Shown piece by piece: positions 20,046-28,461 of a stretch of 64,000 nucleotides of DNA. Position numbers and translations under genes: made by a program. Numbering within the stretch: the stretch's first letter is position 1; each line of letters opens with the position of its first letter. The notes beneath the pieces are model-generated. The model did no database searches. It was given only the letters and a program-made list of their open reading frames with translations, and was not told the origin of the DNA. The stretch is from a virus. Taxonomy: Duplodnaviria; Caudoviricetes. The stretch is from positions 22,140 to 86,139 of IMG/VR virus record IMGVR_UViG_2883187667_000001; one strand, 5' to 3'.

Positions 20046-20246
20046 CTATTTCCACCCCGCCTGTTTCTCGATGCTGCGTAGCGCACCGGCAGGGATGTCG
20101 CTGTCAGGGTGCTTTACAGTCACCCGGCCCGGATTTGTCGGATGCTTGAATTGATGGTGCGAACCTCTGACTCTATCCAGATACCAGCCTTCCGACTCCA
20201 GGCGCTTGATGACTTGCTTGCTGTCCCTGGTGGTTATTATAACCAC
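20046..20246 (-). CDS. hicA: HicA toxin (start codon uncertain, possibly lost)
   Basis: GWYLDRVRGSHHQFKHP...VTV HicA motif; the expected ATG position reads AGG at 20228-20226. Confidence 0.8.
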   Translation of the reverse strand: MVIITTRDSKQVIKRLESEGWYLDRVRGSHHQFKHPTNPGRVTVKHPDSDIPAGALRSIEKQAGWK

Positions 20247-20263
20247 CAGTCAGTAATTGACAA
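20227..20263 (-). promoter_or_regulatory. hicAB sigma70 promoter with palindromic operator
   Basis: Minus strand TTGTCA-N16-TATAAT; 11-bp perfect inverted repeat CTGGTGGTTAT-N-ATAACCACCAG (20227-20249) overlaps the -10. Confidence 0.65.
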
Positions 20264-20503
20264 TGTATTTGACAGGGACGCGGCTACCGGAAGATTACCA
20301 CTGTCAACCTGTCAATTTTTACAGTTACGCCGATGCACGGCGCAGGGCTATAATGCCGGTGAGCAATCAGGAAACATAAGCCGTGCAGGGACAGCCGCTT
20401 CAACCGTTTACCGCAATAATCACAATAGCCGCCGATATGAGGCAAAGTTTTGCGTCATATAGGTGGGCGAATTTTTCGTTATGCCCCTTAGGGATTTGCA
20501 CGA

Positions 20504-21352
20504 ATGCAAACTATAGATGAAGCCCTGATCGAAAAATTCAAACAAATCCTTTGTGAGCCCCCCTCCCCGGGACGCCAGAAGGAGCAGGTTGTACAGGACT
20601 TTCTTGAGCAACACACAGAGCTGATTCCGATTCCGAACCGCTTGAACCACCATCTCCATTTTCAATCTGTAGTGTCCAAGTTCCCACTTGGTACTGAACT
20701 GACTACAGACTACGTCTACATCACAAAAAGTTCTGACGTTTGGAGAGTAACCCTTGTCGAATTGGAGTCTCCGGATAAGCGCATCTTTACCAGTGACGTT
20801 AAGAAAACGAATACTTCAGCAGAGTTCAATGCAGCGTTGAATCAGGTAAGAAGTTGGAAACACTACCTTGATGAAAACAAAGCCGAAGTAATTCGTCGCC
20901 TTGACCCGTTGCTACAACCAATAAACATGAGGCGGAACCCCATCGAGTTTCACTTCCAACTCATCATTGGCCGATCCGAAGACAAAAACCTAAGCGTGGA
21001 ACGGAAGAAACACTTTAGAGGACTCATTGATGAAACTGGGATCGACCTTTTAACATTTGACCAACTGATTGACTGGTACAGAAACGATCAGCGCTATAAG
21101 AAGCTTGTGCTGCGCCTCACGGGCGCGCAATACGCTTTCAAGCATATGCATTTCGAGCCGACACAAATTCTTTCGTATGTGGGGCCTGACCGTCTATCCC
21201 TAAGCTCCGACGAGTTTGGGCGCTTAAAGGCTGCTGGATACGAAATGGACAAGTGGAGCAAGGGTGACTTGCTCACCTACAACGTCAAATTTGCAGAATC
21301 GACAAGAAACCAAGAGCTAAATAAAGGACGGCACTCTTTTTACTCTAAATAA
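20504..21352 (+). CDS. sduA: Shedu-type (DUF4263) anti-phage nuclease, minimal form
   Basis: EQVVQDFLEQH...FPLG...DYV...LVELESP...ALNQVRSW...LIIGRS...LLTFDQL. Confidence 0.8.
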   Translation: MQTIDEALIEKFKQILCEPPSPGRQKEQVVQDFLEQHTELIPIPNRLNHHLHFQSVVSKFPLGTELTTDYVYITKSSDVWRVTLVELESPDKRIFTSDVKKTNTSAEFNAALNQVRSWKHYLDENKAEVIRRLDPLLQPINMRRNPIEFHFQLIIGRSEDKNLSVERKKHFRGLIDETGIDLLTFDQLIDWYRNDQRYKKLVLRLTGAQYAFKHMHFEPTQILSYVGPDRLSLSSDEFGRLKAAGYEMDKWSKGDLLTYNVKFAESTRNQELNKGRHSFYSK

Positions 21353-21393
21353 AGGTGTATAATTTACTTTAGTCGCAACAGGCCATCATTCAA

Positions 21394-22176
21394 ATGAGCT
21401 GTTTAGCAATGAAGACCAAGGAAAGATCTATGTCTCACGATAATACAATCAAAAATTACATGAAGTTTCTTTGGGGACCTCACTTAGCGGAGATTGTTTT
21501 TGAGTCGCCCAGCCGACAAGCAGTATCTAGCTCCGTTCAAAATGCTTCCGTAATTTCCGGGTTTAGTATTGCAGCTATAGCCATAATTTTGGCTACCACC
21601 CCTCTAACCTCACCTTTATTGATCACTCTTGTTTATTTATTTCTAGCATTAATGCTACTATTTAAATGCGGCGATTGCTTGACCAATTCACTGCATTTTG
21701 ATGACCCCATAACCAACCAGAAAGAACTAAAGTTTTATCGCAGGCAGGTTTACTGGGGATGGAGGCATTATAATCTGGCCATAATAATAATTATTGCATC
21801 GATAGCATTTTTTTCCATTATAAAAATACAAGACCAAAATATACCAAGCCACCTAAAGCTATCCTTGTACACTGCAATTACCTTGGTTTTCGCATGGTGG
21901 GCATCATTTTGGTTTGTGGATTTATGGAAAACAATTATTTTCATTGTAAAATGTGAAGACAAGAATTACAGCAACTACTCGACAGAGCAAAAGAAGTTAA
22001 TTGAGCGCAATATTCTTTTCAAGTTAATCTTGTATTCCGGTATAACTGTAACTTTAACTATATTATTAACTCTTTTGCCTTTTGGTTTTTTTTCTTCATG
22101 TGTAGATGTGCAGGCATTATTAATTACATTGATATTGTTTGCAGTCCTTCGAGCGATAGTAATAGATACATTTTGA
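21394..22176 (+). CDS. AT-rich multi-pass membrane protein, unknown function
   Basis: About six hydrophobic segments; alternative start at 21430. Confidence 0.65.
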   Translation: MSCLAMKTKERSMSHDNTIKNYMKFLWGPHLAEIVFESPSRQAVSSSVQNASVISGFSIAAIAIILATTPLTSPLLITLVYLFLALMLLFKCGDCLTNSLHFDDPITNQKELKFYRRQVYWGWRHYNLAIIIIIASIAFFSIIKIQDQNIPSHLKLSLYTAITLVFAWWASFWFVDLWKTIIFIVKCEDKNYSNYSTEQKKLIERNILFKLILYSGITVTLTILLTLLPFGFFSSCVDVQALLITLILFAVLRAIVIDTF

Positions 22177-22295
22177 CCAGTCACTATGCTTGAGAGATTT
22201 ATGATCTACGCTGGATTCTGCCTTGTTTTCTGTCTTGGATTAACAAAAAAAGCACCCACTTCGGCGCTAGACTCAGTCTCGTTTGTTGTGCCACG

Positions 22296-22382
22296 GCCTA
22301 ACGAAGCGTTCGAAGCGGACGCGCTTGACGATCAGCCTACTTACCACAGTTTTTGCGCGTACCGCTCAACTTTGCGTTGGTC
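22296..22382 (+). other. Integron attC-like recombination site 1
   Basis: GCCTAAC-GAAGCG-TTCGAAGCGGACGCGC...GCGCGTACCGCTCAA-CTTTGC-GTTGGTC: RYYYAAC...GTT ends with imperfect inverted L boxes. Confidence 0.75.
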
Positions 22383-22405
22383 ATCTTGATACTGAGGCGC
22401 GAACG

Positions 22406-22897
22406 ATGAGCGAATTTGATACGCGGAAGAAGGCTCTACTAGAACCATTATTCATCGAAGCTGGCAACGCATTGATGGATTGCCAGACTTTCGAGTACGG
22501 CCTAACGCTTCTGCTCTTTCATCTTGCCAGACTCGATAGCATAACTCTCGACCCTCAAAAGGTTGCTCTAATTTTGGAGAACCAAGACAAGAAAACGGCA
22601 GGCCAGCTAATTGCCATGCTGAAGAAAAAGGCCAACGTAAGCGACGGTATCGAAAAAGCCTTGGAAGTTGCTCTCGCTTCACGCAACACACTTATCCATC
22701 GCATATTGATAGACAACGCAGAGAAACTTCCCCAAGCAGAAACGAGGGCATCGCTGCTTAAGGAAATTCGAAGCCTGCGCGCTAATGTTCAAAAGGCAGA
22801 CAAGAAGTTGCGCCCGTTCATCCACGCATTTGGTCTCGAACTCGATGGCTTTGACAATCGCCAATTCGAAGCCGAAGCAAAGGCAACGTTTACGTGA
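22406..22897 (+). CDS. Cassette-borne hypothetical protein (HEPN-like RxxxxH)
   Basis: Single ORF between two attC-like sites; KKTAGQLI...SRNTLIH resembles the RxxxxH motif. Confidence 0.6.
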   Translation: MSEFDTRKKALLEPLFIEAGNALMDCQTFEYGLTLLLFHLARLDSITLDPQKVALILENQDKKTAGQLIAMLKKKANVSDGIEKALEVALASRNTLIHRILIDNAEKLPQAETRASLLKEIRSLRANVQKADKKLRPFIHAFGLELDGFDNRQFEAEAKATFT

Positions 22898-22904
22898 ACC
22901 CGAT

Positions 22905-22970
22905 GCCCAACCCTTCAGTCGAGAGGGGCTGCGCAAAAGCGCGCAGCCCCTCACTTTTACGTTGTTGGGC
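22905..22970 (+). other. Integron attC-like recombination site 2
   Basis: GCCCAAC...GAGGGGCTGCGC-AAAAGC-GCGCAGCCCCTC...GTTGGGC; outer GATGCCCAAC/GTTGGGCATC are perfectly complementary. Confidence 0.85.
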
Positions 22971-22973
22971 ATC

Positions 22974-23900
22974 ATGATGAGGATCGTGCCATTTATTCTT
23001 GGCTTGGCGCTAGATATTGCACTCAAGCGCCTGACGCGGCCGCATACGGTCTACTCGAAGCTTGCGATAACAGCACTGCTCATCAGTGGCGGAGCCTTCA
23101 TCACCCCATTTTGGCAACAAGCCGTTGAAGGTCTCATTGCGCCCTTGGACAATCCAGGATGCACCGGCCCACTTCCATCTATCGCATCAGGTTCGATTTT
23201 TCTCTTGTTATCCTTTTTGTTTGGATCTATATCGCAAAGGCATTCAACGCAACAACGGGAATCACTTGTAGACACAAAATCGCTCAGTGGTCCTATCTCA
23301 ATTGGGCAGGCGCAAGTTTATTGCTACTGCGGGTCGGTATTGGCAATGTCAAACATTGATGTGGTCATTACCTCAGAGAATAGAGATCTACATCTTGGAA
23401 GTATTAACGGCACTTCTGTTTCAGGAAGAATTAGGCGACTTGCCGCTTCATATAACAGCGATGGAACACTAAGCGCCGACCATCTGCTTAATCACACCAT
23501 CCAATGGAAATCGAATCAGCATCACAAGGGACCATACAGATTGGGGCAATGCATAGTCTCTCCCCCATTTAATGCCAAACGTCGCGGCATCAAATCCATA
23601 GTTCATGCAATCACACTTGAAAAACGTGACTCAGGATTAAATATCGTAGAGGAATCTGCGAACCGAGAAGTAATCGATTTTGTTATCAAACATTGCAACG
23701 TACAACAGTATTCTTCCTTTTTTCTACCAATATTTGGACTCGGTAGTGGTGGCCTATCTCGAGATGATGCGATCTCCAGAACATTAACCCCTCTCATTGC
23801 CAAGCTTCGTACCACGGCTGCGCCCCTTTCTGTTTATGTGGGAACCTATCGTCTCTCTGATGCAGCAATTGCTTCGACATTTTTGCTGAGAGCGCAATGA
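22974..23900 (+). CDS. Transmembrane plus Macro-domain protein (ThsA type II-like architecture)
   Basis: N-terminal hydrophobic helices, then GSVLAMSNIDVVITSEN...GTSVSGRI...IVHAIT...LPIFGLGSGGL Macro pattern. Confidence 0.7.
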   Translation: MMRIVPFILGLALDIALKRLTRPHTVYSKLAITALLISGGAFITPFWQQAVEGLIAPLDNPGCTGPLPSIASGSIFLLLSFLFGSISQRHSTQQRESLVDTKSLSGPISIGQAQVYCYCGSVLAMSNIDVVITSENRDLHLGSINGTSVSGRIRRLAASYNSDGTLSADHLLNHTIQWKSNQHHKGPYRLGQCIVSPPFNAKRRGIKSIVHAITLEKRDSGLNIVEESANREVIDFVIKHCNVQQYSSFFLPIFGLGSGGLSRDDAISRTLTPLIAKLRTTAAPLSVYVGTYRLSDAAIASTFLLRAQ

Positions 23901-24391
23901 CCCCCCATCTCGCAGAGGATGTTGCATCGCTCTTATGTCGGCTAGATGAGCGCAGGACAGGAGCAATTATAGGTTACACAAGCGGAGTCTTTGATCTTTT
24001 TCATCAAGGGCATCTCAACTATCTAAACGCATGCAAACTGGCTGTGGATGTATTGGTTGTCGGTGTAGACGCCGATATCTTGGTTCGGATTAGAAAGGGC
24101 AGTCATCGTGCTTACGAAAAATGCAACACAAGGGTCGCCCATGTACAAGAGACAGGCCTTGTAGACGAGTTATTTATCAAGACGAATTCCTCCGACGAGA
24201 TAATTCCCATCATTCGACCGCATAGATACTTTATTCCAAGCAACCGCCAAATCAGCGCTCTGCGATCCCAACTTCTAAACGACTTATCAGTACGACTTGA
24301 TGTGCTTCCTTATACAAGTGGGGTATCTACAACGAAAATGGCACGGCTAATTGGAATTTCTTCGGATAGCAGTGACTTTGAAAATAAGTGA
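23897..24391 (+). CDS. HIGH-superfamily cytidylyl/adenylyltransferase
   Basis: YTSGVFDLFHQGHLNYL...LVVGVD...LPYTSGVSTT (TagD/RfaE-II-like); ATGA overlap with the Macro gene. Confidence 0.85.
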   Translation: MTPHLAEDVASLLCRLDERRTGAIIGYTSGVFDLFHQGHLNYLNACKLAVDVLVVGVDADILVRIRKGSHRAYEKCNTRVAHVQETGLVDELFIKTNSSDEIIPIIRPHRYFIPSNRQISALRSQLLNDLSVRLDVLPYTSGVSTTKMARLIGISSDSSDFENK

Positions 24392-24399
24392 ATTCGATC

Positions 24400-24445
24400 G
24401 ATGCCCAACCCATCATTCCACCGGACTTGCGCGAAAAACCACGCA
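24400..24445 (+). other. Truncated attC-like site 3 (left half)
   Basis: GATGCCCAACCCATCATTCCACCGGACTTGCGCGAAAAACCACGCA; no right arm or GTTRRRY; GATGCCCAAC complements GTTGGGCATC at the cassette start. Confidence 0.65.
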
Positions 24446-24494
24446 TGAAGCCCAATATCATCGCCACCTGACAAGCTTATCGCTAACTCAACTT

Positions 24495-24519
24495 AAGCCC
24501 GCCCCACGCGGGCTTTTTT
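24495..24519 (+). terminator. Rho-independent terminator
   Basis: AAGCCCGC-CCCAC-GCGGGCTT followed by a T run. Confidence 0.75.
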
Positions 24520-24564
24520 GCGCCCGCAAAAAATAACCACCCCGCACCCCGCCCCCACCAAAAC

Positions 24565-24605
24565 CGGAAAACAGCGCAAAAACCGCCCTACCCTCACCCA
24601 AAACT
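24565..24605 (+). promoter_or_regulatory. Putative late promoter (CGGAAAAC-N27-AAAACT)
   Basis: 7-copy motif upstream of the major capsid gene; near-identical to the copy at 33231. Confidence 0.65.
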
Positions 24606-24663
24606 ATCACCTGAACCTCGGCGCGTCGCCGAACACAGTCTGATAACTTTTGGCGAGATCGAT

Positions 24664-26379
24664 ATGCCCAATAAAATCAAGCACCAATACTCCCGTAAAT
24701 CAACCGCCGAGGTGGATGCGTTCACCCAGGGGTTGCGGGAAAACGCTTTTAACCAGCAGGGAACATTCGACTCTGCGGCAACCTACGACTTCCTGTCTAA
24801 TGTCACCAACCAAAACACAGGAATCAAGGTTCCCGACAACCTGCAAGCGGTTTACGATGAAGTCGGCGAGAAGGGGAGCGATGTCGTTACCCGAGCCATT
24901 CTCGATGGCATCAATAACTATGAAACAGCGCACGGCTGCTCGGTTCCGGCTGACATTCTGGAGCAGGCGATACATGCCGCTTACGGAACCACGAATGAGG
25001 CGCGCCGAATAAATCAGCTTCCGGCGCTGGACTCGGCGAACAGCAACCACATGGACGAGCTGAGCCTGCAGCCCAATCGCGCCGTTGTCGCCATTCTTTC
25101 GATAATGGCGGAGGCGATCCCGTTCGCGCATTACCTGCCGGCGGACATCGGTTCGAATGAAGCGCGTCTGGCGATCATGCAACATCAGGCCGGCAGCACC
25201 TACGGCGGCTATCTCGAAAACGCCATTCTGGATGGGATCGCCAGCGGCGAAGTCTTTATCACCTCGTCGCGGATTCATAAACTGGATATCAACAGTCAGG
25301 GCGCGGCTACCGCGAAACTGACGACAATCCAAACAGACGATGAGCATTGCGATCAAAGCGACACGGCGGTAGCGCCAAAGCTGTTGCGCGGCACAACTAT
25401 CGTCTACGTGAACGGCAAGGTGGCCGCGCGCGAAGTCGATAACACCGGTAGCGGCAATTCGCCCATCAGCGGTACCGCGATCGTTGCGGGAACCAGCTAC
25501 GCCATATCGGGAACCATTAATTCCGATACCGGCGTGGTGACGCTGGCGACCACGCCAGCTATCCCCAACACCAGCGATGTATCGGTCATTGTCGAAGGCT
25601 TTATCGACTATGAACGGAGCCCTGAGCTGACGCCGCGGATTATAACGGCGGTCAACATTTTCAAGCTGCACGCCAGCCCCTGGCGCGTGTTCACGCAACA
25701 GACCATCGACAGCCGTACCCAGATGTCGAACGAATTGGGGCTGGACCCTTACGGCGAAAGCGTGATCGGCATTCAGCAGCAATTCGCCAACGAGCGCCAT
25801 TACAAGGTGCTGGCCATGGCGCGGCGCTTGGCGGTCAACAACCACACGCAATTCGATTTCAATTGGGCGACCAATAATGGCGGCGAAAGCCTGCAAAAGA
25901 CCCGCTCTCAAATCCTACAGGACTTCGCCACCCCGCTGGGCGTCGCCGATCAGCAAATGGCGAACGACACCATGAACCACGGTATCACCCACTTGTACGT
26001 GGGTAAGTTCATGGCGTCCATGCTGTTGTCGATGCCGAGCGACATTTTCGTGCCGTCAGGGCTACCCGCTCGTCCGGGCATTTACCGCGTTGGGCGTCTG
26101 TTTGGCCGTTTCGATGTGTATTACGCGCCCAAGGGCGTGAAGGAAGCGATCGTCAATGGCACGCAAACCGCTCAGGTTTTGTGCATCGGACGCGCAACCG
26201 ACGTCACGCGCAACCCGTTTGTGCTGGGCGACGCCGTGGCGCCCCAGGTTATACCGTTGGCGGTCAATTCCGACATGAAAACCGGGGCCGCGTTCTACGC
26301 GCGCAACTTTACCTCAGTCAATCCGCACTGCCCGTCTTCCATGGGCTGCGCGATGATCGACGTCTACAACCTGACCTAA
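24664..26379 (+). CDS. Major capsid protein (P1 gp23-like)
   Basis: 571 aa, first gene of the operon, followed by the sheath gene; size and processing-site position similar to P1 gp23. Confidence 0.75.
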   Translation: MPNKIKHQYSRKSTAEVDAFTQGLRENAFNQQGTFDSAATYDFLSNVTNQNTGIKVPDNLQAVYDEVGEKGSDVVTRAILDGINNYETAHGCSVPADILEQAIHAAYGTTNEARRINQLPALDSANSNHMDELSLQPNRAVVAILSIMAEAIPFAHYLPADIGSNEARLAIMQHQAGSTYGGYLENAILDGIASGEVFITSSRIHKLDINSQGAATAKLTTIQTDDEHCDQSDTAVAPKLLRGTTIVYVNGKVAAREVDNTGSGNSPISGTAIVAGTSYAISGTINSDTGVVTLATTPAIPNTSDVSVIVEGFIDYERSPELTPRIITAVNIFKLHASPWRVFTQQTIDSRTQMSNELGLDPYGESVIGIQQQFANERHYKVLAMARRLAVNNHTQFDFNWATNNGGESLQKTRSQILQDFATPLGVADQQMANDTMNHGITHLYVGKFMASMLLSMPSDIFVPSGLPARPGIYRVGRLFGRFDVYYAPKGVKEAIVNGTQTAQVLCIGRATDVTRNPFVLGDAVAPQVIPLAVNSDMKTGAAFYARNFTSVNPHCPSSMGCAMIDVYNLT

Positions 26380-26392
26380 TATCGAGGCGATC

Positions 26393-26812
26393 ATGTCAAG
26401 AATCATTGAAATTGGCGCGCCGGTATCCGGTGAAAAAAGCGCAAACGACGCGTTGAAAGAAGCGTTTGAAGGAGCTGGTTACCCGCTGGATGTAACGATT
26501 GAAAGCCACCTGCAACGCGCTATCGCGCTGCCGGAAATCGGGGTCTATTTGCCCGCGTCGAAGAGAACGTTCGCCACCATACGCAATGAGGATGCGTTTC
26601 ATCGCGCGGTATCCAGCATCGAGCAAATCGCGGCGCTCAACGGTTACCAGAAAATCGTGACCATCGAGGAGGGGCATGCGGACCCGGCCGCGGACGGCGC
26701 AGCCGGCGCGGATGCAACCGAAACAAAGAGTCGAGCCAAAAAACCAGCGAATTCCGGGGCGGATGCGTCCACGCATAACGCATCCGATCCCAATTCCAAG
26801 CAAGGAGCATAA
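26393..26812 (+). CDS. Hypothetical virion-operon protein
   Basis: Between capsid and sheath with SD-like sequence; low-complexity C-terminus. Confidence 0.6.
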   Translation: MSRIIEIGAPVSGEKSANDALKEAFEGAGYPLDVTIESHLQRAIALPEIGVYLPASKRTFATIRNEDAFHRAVSSIEQIAALNGYQKIVTIEEGHADPAADGAAGADATETKSRAKKPANSGADASTHNASDPNSKQGA

Positions 26813-26815
26813 CCC

Positions 26816-28456
26816 ATGACCGGAGTGGCTTTTACTCGTCAATTGGGTTCGGAATCGGGAGTCCAGCTCAACCCGCTGAGGGACGAGTCGGAACTCCCAA
26901 CGCTGGACAACGCGGACCAGACCTTCGCCGTCGCCATGCGCGCCACCCGTGGACGCATCGACAAGCCGTTTGCCGTCAATAGCGGGAACATCGGCAAAAA
27001 GCTGGGCAGCGGCGAGTCGATTCGCCTGTCCGCGCTGAACGAAGCGTGGGTTCAGGTATGGGAGGCGGTGAACCGTGGCGCTTACAACGCCATAGTGCAG
27101 CGCCTGATAACGAATGCGGCGGTTATCAAATGGGCTGTGGTCACGCTGCCCGATTCCGCTCCCGATGCCCCGGCGTTTTCGGTATCCGCCATCGATCCGG
27201 CGCCGCCCTACCTGCTCGCCATCAAGCATCTGGAGTGCCATAACGACGGCATTAAACTGGCGTTTCATGCCGATGAATCTCGCTCTGGCGGGGTGCTGAC
27301 CGAGAATAGCAAGATAACGCTGAGAATATTCGATTCTGCCGACATATTGCTCTATGAGTTCCGTGGATCGCTAGATCCCGCCGCCCGCGATGATTTCGGG
27401 AATTCAGCGTTTTTGCCGGATGTCGTGTCCGGGATAACCGACGCGGTGGAAATCGAAGTTGGCGCAACCACCGCGATCGCCATCACCTCGAATGCCTATG
27501 GATACGACGCGGCGGGCAAGGAGAAATGGGTTAAGTCGGACTTGCTGATGTGTTTCGATGAAGGGGGCAAGGCGTACAGCACTCAAGACTACCATAATGC
27601 GCGTGATAAACTGCAGCGCACGCAATTGGGTTATGCCTACATCGCATCGGGCGGCACGCAATCAATCGGACTGATTGCGGCGCTGGCTCAATTATCGTTC
27701 GACACCAATAAGCAGTTCCGCCTCGACATACCCGGAAATTTAACGGTGGAGGAAGCGATTACGTTTAAGGAACAGCTTAATCTGGAAGCCGTTGAAACGG
27801 CTCACTTGATACATGTGTACTGGGCGCCGCTAAAAAGCGACGATCCGACCGGAGTGAACGGTAAAGGCTATATTGGAACCTCGGCGCTTAATATCGCGTT
27901 GTCGTGCCTGCGTAACGCGCAGGCCAATTCCAAGGGGTTCGCGTCTAAAAACTACCCTATCGCCGGGCGCGAATGGCCGGTACAGCGCACCGGGCTGGTA
28001 CAGGTCGTCACCCCTGGCGATCAGGAACTTAGCGCGCTGGCAAAAGCCAGGATCAACCCGGTGATTTTTGAAACATACACCGGCGGTGGGCGCTATGTGT
28101 TCAGAGACTCCTTGACCTGCGCTCCGGTTGAAAACGTCCTCAAAAAACTGATTTCCGTGGTTGAAATGTCCACCAGCATCGACGATGCCGTGACGCGCTA
28201 CGCAAAGGATGTGCTGCAACTGCCGATGGACGTATGCATCAAGCGCATGACCGACTTTCTTCAAAATCTGTTCGAGGGGGCTCAGGGCGCAAAATGGATT
28301 ACCCCGTCGAGCGATCCGGCCATGGGCGGTTCCGCGTTCCGTTTTACGGTTCAGCCGAACGCGGCGCGCCCTTACGACACAATGGACTATGCATACTGGC
28401 TGCATTATGACGGAACAAACCGCCAGAGCTATGTAACCCAGACATTAAGCAGGTAA
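26816..28456 (+). CDS. Tail sheath protein (P1 gp22-like)
   Basis: 546 aa; RGRIDKPF N-terminus; LAKARINPV...FRDSLT C-terminal sheath pattern. Confidence 0.75.
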   Translation: MTGVAFTRQLGSESGVQLNPLRDESELPTLDNADQTFAVAMRATRGRIDKPFAVNSGNIGKKLGSGESIRLSALNEAWVQVWEAVNRGAYNAIVQRLITNAAVIKWAVVTLPDSAPDAPAFSVSAIDPAPPYLLAIKHLECHNDGIKLAFHADESRSGGVLTENSKITLRIFDSADILLYEFRGSLDPAARDDFGNSAFLPDVVSGITDAVEIEVGATTAIAITSNAYGYDAAGKEKWVKSDLLMCFDEGGKAYSTQDYHNARDKLQRTQLGYAYIASGGTQSIGLIAALAQLSFDTNKQFRLDIPGNLTVEEAITFKEQLNLEAVETAHLIHVYWAPLKSDDPTGVNGKGYIGTSALNIALSCLRNAQANSKGFASKNYPIAGREWPVQRTGLVQVVTPGDQELSALAKARINPVIFETYTGGGRYVFRDSLTCAPVENVLKKLISVVEMSTSIDDAVTRYAKDVLQLPMDVCIKRMTDFLQNLFEGAQGAKWITPSSDPAMGGSAFRFTVQPNAARPYDTMDYAYWLHYDGTNRQSYVTQTLSR

Positions 28457-28461
28457 TACTC

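Noticed and set aside
22186-22389. 67-aa ORF
   Set aside because: Runs through the attC site; likely spurious or a fragment
24700-25911. Long antisense ORFs (also 42029..43177, 48986..50008, 4925..5617)
   Set aside because: Shadow frames of well-supported GC-rich genes, with no motifs
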